From: an uncultured candidatus Porisulfidus sp.
GTDB lineage: Bacteria > Pseudomonadota > Gammaproteobacteria > Poriferisulfidales > Poriferisulfidaceae
Length of the DNA stretch: 64,000 nucleotides
NCBI GenBank assembly: GCA_965221375.1
Contig: OZ244883.1
Coordinates: 64,071 to 128,070, forward strand
Direction: 5' to 3'
Position 1 is the stretch's first letter. Each line of letters begins with the position of its first letter. The translations under genes were made by a program, and so were the position numbers. Below, piece by piece: positions 37,388 to 45,953 of the stretch. The notes below the pieces were generated by a model. That model worked only from the letters and a program-made list of their open reading frames with translations, made no database searches and was not told the DNA's origin.

Positions 37388-38590
37388 CTATAACTGCAGT
37401 TTAGCGCGGAGGTATTCCATCCCTCTATCGCCCTTGATCTTATTACAGGAACCACAAAGCAGTTGTAAGTTTTCCAAATGGTCAGTTCCTCCTTTCCCTT
37501 TCGCAATTATGTGGTCGATCTCAAGGTGTCGAGCTTCAAAATGTGTGTGGCAACCTGCGCAGTTTCCTTCTTGCTCTCCATAAAGTTTGCGTTTGTTTTC
37601 CGCACAATTGTAGGGCGGTAATTTGCCCACGTCCGTGCGCTGGGGAATGTCCGTGCGGTGCACAATATCGCGGAACAGACCCTGCCGTTCTTCAATGCGA
37701 CGTACCACCAGTTCCGCTGCTTTCTCCGATATGTCGATGCCAACCCATTGCCGTTGCAGATTGTCTGCTGCGACCAGCGTGGTTGCACAACCGCAGAATG
37801 GATCTAAGACCACATCATCGGGATTGCTTGACGCCTCAATAATGCGTTTTAGCAAGGCAAGAGGCTTCTGGGTTGGGTATATCTGTTTCACTGGCGGCAC
37901 ACGCTTAATTGGCCACACATCATCCTGCCTTACTCCGGCAGATTTGCCTTTTGTTGTCGAGGGGATACGATTTCCATACTCATCGTGTCCGGAAACTATT
38001 TTCCCCTCACCAAATCTTTTTTGCGTAGACTCAGCCCGGGGCATATAGAGTTGATTAAATTGTCGTTCTTTTCCTTCCTTACCATAAAAGAGAACGACAT
38101 CATGGTTGCGTTGAAATTGGTATTTCCCCGAAGACCATTTTCGATAATGCCATACCACTTCATTACGGAAATATCTCTTCCCGAAAATCGCGTCCATCAC
38201 CAGTTTTAGGTGGTGGCTCATAGTTGGATCACAATGGAGATAGACTGATCCTGCCGGTTTCAATATTCTGTGTATTTCTAATATTCTGACCGCCATATAA
38301 ATCAAGTAAGACTTGTCTGATTTGCTCATGGCCGCAAGAATAATGCGGTGCAGTTTCGGATGCTTTGCTTCTACCAAGTCGAGCCACGCTACGTCTACAT
38401 CGCGTAATGTCCAAGTATCCTTGAATGCGGCTCCTGCCGCCTTACTTCCGATAGGCGCAGCGTAATCGTGCTTTGAATTAAACGGCGGATCAAGATAAAT
38501 CAGGTCAACCGTCTCAGAATTCATGCCTCGCATGATATCGAGATTGTCGCCCGTCCAGATGGTTCTAGACTTCCAGTTTGGCTCGGCCAC
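37388..38590 (-). CDS. DNA methyltransferase (beta-class, DPPF) fused to a C-terminal HNH endonuclease domain
   Basis: Motif IV IYLDPPFN, motif I VVLDPFCGCATT and the HNH segment CAGCH...HLEIDHIIAKGKGGTDHLENLQLLCGSCNKIKG. Confidence 0.7.
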   Translation of the reverse strand: MAEPNWKSRTIWTGDNLDIMRGMNSETVDLIYLDPPFNSKHDYAAPIGSKAAGAAFKDTWTLRDVDVAWLDLVEAKHPKLHRIILAAMSKSDKSYLIYMAVRILEIHRILKPAGSVYLHCDPTMSHHLKLVMDAIFGKRYFRNEVVWHYRKWSSGKYQFQRNHDVVLFYGKEGKERQFNQLYMPRAESTQKRFGEGKIVSGHDEYGNRIPSTTKGKSAGVRQDDVWPIKRVPPVKQIYPTQKPLALLKRIIEASSNPDDVVLDPFCGCATTLVAADNLQRQWVGIDISEKAAELVVRRIEERQGLFRDIVHRTDIPQRTDVGKLPPYNCAENKRKLYGEQEGNCAGCHTHFEARHLEIDHIIAKGKGGTDHLENLQLLCGSCNKIKGDRGMEYLRAKLQL

Positions 38591-38693
38591 GCGCTAATCC
38601 TCGTCAAAATTCATGGAAATTATTGTGTGTTGCTCTGGGCGGCGACATCCATTTTACGCATGAAAGAATCCCAAGTATTCGAGGTTTCCATCT

Positions 38694-39539
38694 TCACAAA
38701 TTTCTTCTGAGTTGCCCAAGTCGATTCTCGAGATTAGATCGAAGAGCATCCAACCCTTCCCCGTTATTTAGATACTTAATATGACGTATATGACCAAGGT
38801 CAAATGGAACGTCCTCACTGTTCTGGGTGATCAAAATAACTTCCCGTCCAAGTGTGTGGGCAATACCTATCTCATAAAAAACATTTGAGTTCTTTTTAGT
38901 GCAGTCGCAAATTACCACAAAAGACTTATCTATCAGCGCCACTATATCTTGAATAATTGCCGAACTTTCCCAAATTTGATCTGCGCGGCGACTTTCCATT
39001 CCAACGTTTTGAACCGCTTTTTCAATTTCTCTATATACCACGTCAAAATCAGCACCGAATGGCATCATGGTAGATGCAAGAGTCGAATCTATATCTTCAT
39101 TTTCGGAAACAGTGAACACCTTCGGGCCTTTCCTGAGAGGCATAGAAACGCTGAGCAGTGTTCGAAACAAATCAATGTCCTTGACCGCCCAATGCGTCCT
39201 CGAGAACTCCCACCTGTCTGACATGCCAAAATCAAACTTTTTCCCGAATATTACGCTGTTTGGGATCGGCTTTATGGCAGAGGCAAAAGAGTAATCGATA
39301 GATATTTCTGCTCCATCTTTTCGTACTTGCGTTATTTCACCAACGTGGGCAAGCTGTGTGTTGCTTGTACCTTCCCGCATGAATAGACAGGGGAGTTTGC
39401 GAAGTTCCTCGTAGAGAATTCCATCGCCACCTTGAAACTGTGCTTTTACATTATCCTCAGTGTATTCAAAAAGGCGCTCTAAAAGAACTGACCCCCTCCC
39501 GTTTTCCCATGGTAAGCCTTTACAAAGGAGGTTATACAT
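38694..39539 (-). CDS. hypothetical protein with a C-terminal nucleoside 2-deoxyribosyltransferase-like / TIR-like domain
   Basis: The C-terminal pattern FVVICDCTKKNSNVFYEIGIAHTLGREVILI matches the NDT-like fold motif (vvA.l.....D.GT.fE.G.A...gK.vi). The N-terminal domain is unknown. Low GC. Confidence 0.45.
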   Translation of the reverse strand: MYNLLCKGLPWENGRGSVLLERLFEYTEDNVKAQFQGGDGILYEELRKLPCLFMREGTSNTQLAHVGEITQVRKDGAEISIDYSFASAIKPIPNSVIFGKKFDFGMSDRWEFSRTHWAVKDIDLFRTLLSVSMPLRKGPKVFTVSENEDIDSTLASTMMPFGADFDVVYREIEKAVQNVGMESRRADQIWESSAIIQDIVALIDKSFVVICDCTKKNSNVFYEIGIAHTLGREVILITQNSEDVPFDLGHIRHIKYLNNGEGLDALRSNLENRLGQLRRNL

Positions 39540-39790
39540 TAGGTGATTTACGCTCTCAGCCGCGGTGTTTTCCTTCGGAGCCTTTGATTGGCTTACTCAA
39601 GCTGATTTAAGATAATAACGAAAGGGTTATTATAGATACCATCTCTTTTGCGAACAGGCCGGAGCCACCAAGCAAAAGCATATCTGACGAAATTTCCGTA
39701 GTAGATTAAGGAAGGGTATAAAGATGCATTGACAGACTGGAAAACACGAGCGGTCTTCGTGTCTGTATGACCCGTTCTTATGGCGTTGAT

Positions 39791-40276
39791 TTACAAAGAA
39801 AGAGAAAACGATCCGTCCGGACCGTTATAGATGAAGAGGCAGCGCTGCAGAACGTCTCGGCCAATAAGAGCGATAAGGCCCTGCGGGGCCAAGTGTGCCC
39901 CGTAGGCTCTCTGCACAACCAAATTAATGGGGAAATTTGCAAAATCAAATGCACCTGCATAGACAGGAACAACCTCCGCCTTGTGGGTCGCTGATGTCAT
40001 TTTCCCGCTATCGACGATGACAAGTCCCGCACGCTTGGCCGCCTCTTGGTCAACACACGTGTTCACTGCCCCCGTATCAATAAGCGCAAACCCACTGACG
40101 GGTTCCGGCATGGCACCTTCCTTTTCAGCTATGGCTTTTGCGTGCTCTTCCAGAGGAGTCAACGTCAACTGCACTAGTGGCCCTGCCTGTTGAAGACTAC
40201 CCCCAGGCGAAAGAGAAGTGGTTTTACCCTCGGCATCCTTCTTCTCGGCTTGAAGCTTTGCGTTAAGAATTGGCAA
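39791..40276 (-). CDS. retropepsin-like (clan AA) aspartic protease
   Basis: ALIDTGAVNTCV carries the D-T-G catalytic motif flanked by hydrophobic residues, 161 aa. Confidence 0.5.
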   Translation of the reverse strand: MPILNAKLQAEKKDAEGKTTSLSPGGSLQQAGPLVQLTLTPLEEHAKAIAEKEGAMPEPVSGFALIDTGAVNTCVDQEAAKRAGLVIVDSGKMTSATHKAEVVPVYAGAFDFANFPINLVVQRAYGAHLAPQGLIALIGRDVLQRCLFIYNGPDGSFSLSL

Positions 40277-40577
40277 CGAACGGTCCTCCTAAAGGCGGTT
40301 TAGAAATATTCGGGATTGTGGCAGTTGCCGTTCTGTTTGTTGTGAAAAACCCCATTAGAAACACACGACCGCCGAGCGTGCCCATCTTATCAATACCTGC
40401 CAAATCCGCTACTTGCCACAATGCTAAGCAGGCCCGTGAAGGCGACTTTGTAGAAAAATTGACGAGATTAATACAGTAAAAAACACCTCTTTGCGTTTGC
40501 TGAAATAAGCAATTTATGGCATACTAGCCCGTCCATCGGGGCGCTACGGAAGCCTTCCGCTTCCCCTCCCTACCAAA

Positions 40578-40597
40578 GCCGCTTCGGCGGTTTTTTT
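40578..40597 (+). terminator. intrinsic terminator GCCGC-TTCG-GCGG plus U7, 64 nt upstream of sga
   Basis: GC stem with a UUCG tetraloop followed by TTTTTTT. It is preceded by a TTGCTG-N17-CATACT promoter-like element and a C-rich segment of about 75 nt. Confidence 0.4.
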
Positions 40598-40660
40598 ATG
40601 ACTGCGCGAGCGACTGGTGTTGGCGCATTAGATCAACCTTCACAACATTCTTAAAGACTT

Positions 40661-41929
40661 ATGCCTGCTGAAAAACTTGTTTTCCCTGGCCGCAATTACT
40701 TGTACGCCCCCGGCCCTACCCATATTCCGGTTGCGGTGCAAAACGCCATGGTTGTGCCGATGGAAGACCATCGCGCTCCTGATTTTCCACAATTGGTGAA
40801 GCCGCTTCTGCGCGACCTCAAAAAAATCTTCAAGACCCGCAACGGTCAAGCTTTCATTTTTCCCGCTACCGGCACCGCAGGTTGGGAGGTTGCTCTCACC
40901 AACACCCTTTCTCCGGGTGACAAGGTATTGACGGCCCGTTTTGGGCAGTTTTCGCACCTTTGGGCGGACTTGGCTCAGCGCATGGGCCTTGACGTTCAGA
41001 TTGTGAAGGTGAAGTGGGGAGAAGGGGTGCCCCTGAAAGAATTCGAGAAAATTCTCAAAGCGGACAAAAAACACGAAATCAAGGCCGTACTGGCCTGTCA
41101 CAACGAAACCGCCACCGGTGTCACCAGCGACATCGCGGGTTTGCGCAAAGCAATGGATCGTGCCAAACATCCGGCCCTGCTGATGGTCGACGGCGTCAGT
41201 TCCATCGCCAGCATTGATTTCCGCATGGATGAGTGGAAGGTCGATGTGGCCGTCTCGGGTTCGCAGAAAGGTTTCATGCTGCCGGCCGGCATGGCTTTGC
41301 TGGCATTTTCGCGACGCGCTCTGGCCGCCGCCAAAAATGCCAAGTGCAAACGTTGCTTCCTGGATATCGCCGATCATATTGCAACCAATAAAGACGGCTT
41401 TTTCCCCTACACCCCCTCCGCACCCATGCTCCGTGGCTTACGTGCTTCCATGGATCTGCTGCTGGGCGAGGGCTTGGAAAACGTCTTCGCGCGCCACCAT
41501 CGACTTGCTGAAGGGGTGCGTCAGGCTATTCGCGGTTGGGGACTGAACTTGTGTGCAACTGAACCCAAGTGGTATTCCGACACGGTCTCGGCCATCAAGG
41601 TGCCGCCCAGCGTCAACGCTGCTGAAGTCATCCACATCGCCTATCATCGCTACAACATTTCGCTCGGCGCCGGCCTGTCGGAAGTCGCCGGCAAGGTGTT
41701 CCGCATCGGGCATCTGGGTGACAACAACGAAGTCCGCATGATGGCGGCTTTGGGTGGCGTTGAAATGGCCATGCGCGATGCCGGCATGAAGGTCAAACCC
41801 GGCTCGGGTGTGGCGCGTGCCGTAGAGTATTATTGCGATACGGCGCGTCCTATCGCGGCCTTCGGTTCTGCCGCCAAGCCGCGTGAAACCGTCGCCAAAA
41901 AGCCAGCTGCTAAGCGCAAGAAGAAATAA
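40661..41929 (+). CDS. sga: serine--glyoxylate aminotransferase (class V)
   Basis: 422 aa with the class-V aminotransferase pattern (SGSQKGFMLPAG, PLP-binding Lys) and a Lys-rich C-terminal tail. Confidence 0.8.
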   Translation: MPAEKLVFPGRNYLYAPGPTHIPVAVQNAMVVPMEDHRAPDFPQLVKPLLRDLKKIFKTRNGQAFIFPATGTAGWEVALTNTLSPGDKVLTARFGQFSHLWADLAQRMGLDVQIVKVKWGEGVPLKEFEKILKADKKHEIKAVLACHNETATGVTSDIAGLRKAMDRAKHPALLMVDGVSSIASIDFRMDEWKVDVAVSGSQKGFMLPAGMALLAFSRRALAAAKNAKCKRCFLDIADHIATNKDGFFPYTPSAPMLRGLRASMDLLLGEGLENVFARHHRLAEGVRQAIRGWGLNLCATEPKWYSDTVSAIKVPPSVNAAEVIHIAYHRYNISLGAGLSEVAGKVFRIGHLGDNNEVRMMAALGGVEMAMRDAGMKVKPGSGVARAVEYYCDTARPIAAFGSAAKPRETVAKKPAAKRKKK

Positions 41930-41936
41930 GACTGCC

Positions 41937-42878
41937 ATGAGCCACACACAAGCTACTCCGGCACCGGCACGCCTGCAACGCAGCGAACTGGCGGTGCCGG
42001 GCTCAAACCCGGCCCTGTTCGAAAAAGCCCTGAACTCGGCGGTCGACTACGTGTTCCTTGACTTGGAAGACGCCGTCGCACCCGACGACAAAGAGCAGGC
42101 ACGCAAAAACGTCATTGAGGCTTTGCGTGATTTGGACTGGAAGGGCGCCGGCAAAACCATCTCCGTACGCATCAACGGCCTGGATACGCATTACATGTAT
42201 CGGGACGTGGTCGATGTGATGGAGCAGGCCGGCGACCAATTGGACACCATCCTGATTCCCAAGGTGGGGGTCCCGGCGGATGTCTACATGGTCGAGGCGA
42301 TGGTCAACCAGATTGAGCAGGGATGCGGATTTACCAGCCGAGTCGGTCTTGAGGCGCTGATTGAGACTGCTCTGGGGATGGCCAACGTCGAGGCGATTGC
42401 CGCCTACGGCGGACGCCTGGAGGCTCTGCATTTTGGAGTGGCTGATTACGCTGCTTCCAACCGTGCCCGAACAGTCAATATCGGCGGCCTGAATCCGGAC
42501 TATCCGGGCGATCAGTGGCACGCGGCCCTCTCGCGTATGACCGTGGCCTGCCGAGCTCATGGCTTGCGGCCCATTGACGGCCCATTCGGCGACTTCAAGG
42601 ACCCCGAAGCTTATACCGCAGCCGCCCGACGGGCAGCTGCGCTTGGCATTGAAGGCAAGTGGGCCATTCACCCCTCGCAGATCGAACTGGCGAACGAGGT
42701 GTTCTCCCCGCCTGAAGCGGAAGTTGATCGGGCCCGACGCATCCTGCAGGAACTTGAGACTGCCGCTGCCGAAGGCCGGGGCGCCGCGGCGGTAGATGGC
42801 AAAATGATTGATGCTGCTTCGGCTCGCATGGCGGAGAATGTTGTCCGACTGGCCGAGGCCATCGCCGAACGCGCTTAA
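41937..42878 (+). CDS. mcl: malyl-CoA lyase (HpcH/CitE family)
   Basis: Family motifs VFLDLEDAV and EALHFGVADY; start set to MSHTQ at 41937. Confidence 0.8.
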   Translation: MSHTQATPAPARLQRSELAVPGSNPALFEKALNSAVDYVFLDLEDAVAPDDKEQARKNVIEALRDLDWKGAGKTISVRINGLDTHYMYRDVVDVMEQAGDQLDTILIPKVGVPADVYMVEAMVNQIEQGCGFTSRVGLEALIETALGMANVEAIAAYGGRLEALHFGVADYAASNRARTVNIGGLNPDYPGDQWHAALSRMTVACRAHGLRPIDGPFGDFKDPEAYTAAARRAAALGIEGKWAIHPSQIELANEVFSPPEAEVDRARRILQELETAAAEGRGAAAVDGKMIDAASARMAENVVRLAEAIAERA

Positions 42879-42898
42879 GCGCAGGATTTTCAACACTT

Positions 42899-44071
42899 AT
42901 GCATATTCACGAATACCAAGCCAAGGAGACGCTGGTCAATTACGGCATTCGGGTCCAGCCCGGCTCGCTGGTCTACAGCCCTGACCAGGCGGTCGCCGCC
43001 TATAACTCGTTGGGCAGCGATGTTTGCGCCGTCAAAGCACAGATTCACTCAGGCGCACGCGGCAAAGCGGGAGGCATCCGCCTGTGCCGCAACAACGATG
43101 AGGTGCGCAAAGCGGCGGACGATCTGCTCGGCACCCGTTTGACCACCCACCAGACCGGTTCGTCCGGAAAACTCGTACAAAAACTCTATATTGAAGCCGG
43201 CGTTGATATCGAACGCGAAATCTACCTGGCTTTTGTGCTCGACCGCGCCAAGCAGCGCCACGTCGCGGTGGGTTCCGCTGAAGGCGGCATGGAAATTGAG
43301 CAGTTGGCGCAGGAAAAACCGGACTCAATCGTACGCATCAGTATCGACCCGGCGGTCGGTATGCGTTTTTTCCAGGCCCACGAACTGGCCTTCAGACTGG
43401 GGCTTGAACCTGATCTGATCAAGCAGGCCGCGGCCACTTTCCGCGGTTTGTACAAGGCGATGGTGGAATTGGACGCAAACATGGTGGAGATCAACCCGCT
43501 GGTTGTCACCCGCCAGCGCCGTCTGATTGCTCTGGACGCCAAAATGGAGTTCGACGACAACGCCCTGTTTCGACATCACGAAGTCGCCGAATTGCGCGAC
43601 ATGTCTCAGGAAGACCCGCGCGAGACGGCCGCTTCCGACCACGACTTGAGTTACGTGGGCCTCGACGGTGACATCGGCTGCATGATCAATGGCGCGGGCC
43701 TGGCCATGGCCACGATGGACATGATCAAACTGTCCGGAGGCGAGCCGGCCAATTTCCTGGACATCGGCGGCGGCGCCTCTCCGGAGCGCGTGGCGAAAGC
43801 CTTTGACCTGGTTTTGCAGGACGGCAACGTCAAAGCCATGCTGGTGAATATTTTTGCCGGAATTAACCGCTGCGACTGGATTGCGGAAGGCTTGATCAAG
43901 GCGCTCAACACCATTGAGTTGAATGTGCCTTTGGTCGTGCGTCTCTCCGGCACCAACGTCGAGGAAGGCACGAAGATGCTGCGCGACAGCGGCCTGCCGA
44001 TCATCATGGCGGATACGCTGGCGGACGCGGCTGAAAAAGCCGTCTCTGCGGCCGGCGCCAAGGGAGAGTGA
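42899..44071 (+). CDS. mtkA: malate--CoA ligase (malate thiokinase) beta subunit
   Basis: MHIHEYQAKE..., a SucC-like ATP-grasp protein, lying with mcl and sga. Confidence 0.8.
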   Translation: MHIHEYQAKETLVNYGIRVQPGSLVYSPDQAVAAYNSLGSDVCAVKAQIHSGARGKAGGIRLCRNNDEVRKAADDLLGTRLTTHQTGSSGKLVQKLYIEAGVDIEREIYLAFVLDRAKQRHVAVGSAEGGMEIEQLAQEKPDSIVRISIDPAVGMRFFQAHELAFRLGLEPDLIKQAAATFRGLYKAMVELDANMVEINPLVVTRQRRLIALDAKMEFDDNALFRHHEVAELRDMSQEDPRETAASDHDLSYVGLDGDIGCMINGAGLAMATMDMIKLSGGEPANFLDIGGGASPERVAKAFDLVLQDGNVKAMLVNIFAGINRCDWIAEGLIKALNTIELNVPLVVRLSGTNVEEGTKMLRDSGLPIIMADTLADAAEKAVSAAGAKGE

Positions 44072-44074
44072 ACC

Positions 44075-44962
44075 ATGTCGATTCTCATCAATAAAGACAC
44101 CCCTATCCTGATTCAAGGTTTTACCGGACGCATCGGTACTTTCCACGCGACCGAGATGCTGGAATACGGCTCTCGTGTGGTCGGTGGCGTGACTCCAGGC
44201 AAGGGAGGCCAGACCCATCTGGATCTTCCTGTCTTCAACACGGTCAAGGAAGCCGTGGAAGAGACCGACGCTACGGCCAGCATCGTGTTTGTGCCGGCTG
44301 CGGCGGCAGCGGATTCCATTATGGAAGCGGCCGATGGCGGCATTCGCTACTGCGTGGCCATCACCGATGGCATTCCGGCGCAAGACATGATTCGCGTCAA
44401 ACGTTTCATGTTACGCTACCCGCGCGAACGGAAAATGATTTTGACCGGCCCCAACTGTGCCGGCACCATCACTCCGGGCGAAGCGATGCTGGGCATCATG
44501 CCAGGTCATATTTATATGCCTGGGCGTGTTGGCGTTGTCGGACGCTCCGGCACGCTGGGTTATGAAGCCGCCTCACAAATGAAGGCCGAAGGCATCGGCA
44601 TCTCCACTTCCGTCGGTATTGGAGGCGATCCGATCAACGGCAGTTCGCATCGCGACATTTTGGAGCTGTTCGATCAGGACCCTGAAACGGATGCCGTGTT
44701 GATCATTGGCGAAATCGGTGGTCCCCAGGAAGCGGAAGCGGCGGAATTCGCCCGCGATCACATGAGCAAACCGGTTGCCGCCTACGTGGCCGGCCTGACG
44801 GCTCCCAAGGGACGCCGCATGGGCCATGCCGGGGCGATTATTTCCGGCAAGGGTGAAAGCGCGGCAGAGAAAGTGGAAATTTTCAAGGAAGCCGGCGTCG
44901 CGATCGTGCCCAACCCGTCGGAATTCGGCACCACCATGAAGGACGTCATGTCCAAACTCTAA
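44075..44962 (+). CDS. mtkB: malate--CoA ligase alpha subunit
   Basis: SucD-like protein with a CoA-binding N-terminus ILIQGFTGRIGTFH and a phosphohistidine loop. Confidence 0.8.
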   Translation: MSILINKDTPILIQGFTGRIGTFHATEMLEYGSRVVGGVTPGKGGQTHLDLPVFNTVKEAVEETDATASIVFVPAAAAADSIMEAADGGIRYCVAITDGIPAQDMIRVKRFMLRYPRERKMILTGPNCAGTITPGEAMLGIMPGHIYMPGRVGVVGRSGTLGYEAASQMKAEGIGISTSVGIGGDPINGSSHRDILELFDQDPETDAVLIIGEIGGPQEAEAAEFARDHMSKPVAAYVAGLTAPKGRRMGHAGAIISGKGESAAEKVEIFKEAGVAIVPNPSEFGTTMKDVMSKL

Positions 44963-44976
44963 GGAAGGAGCATTGC

Positions 44977-45948
44977 ATGTCTAAACCGAAAGTCATTGCG
45001 ACCCGTCGCTGGCCCGAGCCAGTCGAGGCGCATCTGTTCGAACATTACGACTTTACCCTCAACGAGGACGACCACCCGATGAGTGTGGACGAACTGCATG
45101 CCGCCTTGCGCGAATACGATGCAGTCTGCCCGACCGTCACCGATCCCATCAATGCCGAAGTATTGGGCATCGATAACATTCGCGCCAAAATCCTTGGCAA
45201 CTTCGGTGTCGGCTTCAACCACATTGATCTGGATGCCGCCAAACAGACCGGACTTGTCGTCACCAACACGCCGGAAGTCTTGACGGACTGCACCGCCGAT
45301 ATCGCCGTCAACTTGTTGCTGACCGTCGCACGCCGCACCGGCGAAGGCGAACGTCATCTGCGTGCCGGCGACTGGGCCGGCTGGCGACCCACCCACATGC
45401 TGGCGACCAAAGTCACCGGCAAAACTTTGGGGTGCGTCGGCTTTGGCCGCATCGCCCAGGCCATGGCGCAACGCTGCCATTTTGGCTTCGGCATGAAAGT
45501 GATTTTTCACGATCCCTATCCGCCCAAGCCTGAAGTGGTCGAAAAATTCGGCGCCGTTGCGTGTGATTCCGTCGAAGATGTGCTGGAGCAGGCTGATTTT
45601 GTTTCTCTGCACTGCCCCGGTGGCGATTCAACCTATCACCTGATTAATGAGGAACGACTGGCTCGCATGAAGTCCTCGGCATTTTTGATTAATTCCGCAC
45701 GTGGCGACATCATTGACAACCAGGCCCTGATTCATGCACTGAGCAATGGCATCATTGCCGGCGCCGGTTTGGACGTCTTCGAAGGCGAGCCGAATCTGGA
45801 TCCTGGTTTCCTTGGGCTTGAAAACGCAGTCCTGCTGCCGCATCTGGGAAGCGCCTCGACGGAAACCCGCATCGCCATGGGTATGCGCGTGGTCGAAAAT
45901 CTCGATCTCTTCTTCTCCGACCAGGAGCCGCGCGATCGCGTGGCCTAA
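44977..45948 (+). CDS. hprA: hydroxypyruvate reductase / D-glycerate dehydrogenase (D-2-hydroxyacid dehydrogenase)
   Basis: NAD-binding motif GCVGFGRIAQ and a catalytic R-E-H triad pattern. Confidence 0.75.
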   Translation: MSKPKVIATRRWPEPVEAHLFEHYDFTLNEDDHPMSVDELHAALREYDAVCPTVTDPINAEVLGIDNIRAKILGNFGVGFNHIDLDAAKQTGLVVTNTPEVLTDCTADIAVNLLLTVARRTGEGERHLRAGDWAGWRPTHMLATKVTGKTLGCVGFGRIAQAMAQRCHFGFGMKVIFHDPYPPKPEVVEKFGAVACDSVEDVLEQADFVSLHCPGGDSTYHLINEERLARMKSSAFLINSARGDIIDNQALIHALSNGIIAGAGLDVFEGEPNLDPGFLGLENAVLLPHLGSASTETRIAMGMRVVENLDLFFSDQEPRDRVA

Positions 45949-45953
45949 GTTTT

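Noticed and set aside
19000-40600. Integrase, transposase or IS elements delimiting the low-GC islands
   Set aside because: No ORF with recognisable tyrosine or serine recombinase or DDE transposase motifs was seen in or beside the islands. The islands appear to be fixed remnants. The only boundary signature found is the duplicate of the gpmI 3' end.
43325-44383. 352-aa - strand ORF
   Set aside because: Antisense to mtkA/mtkB, both confidently identified.
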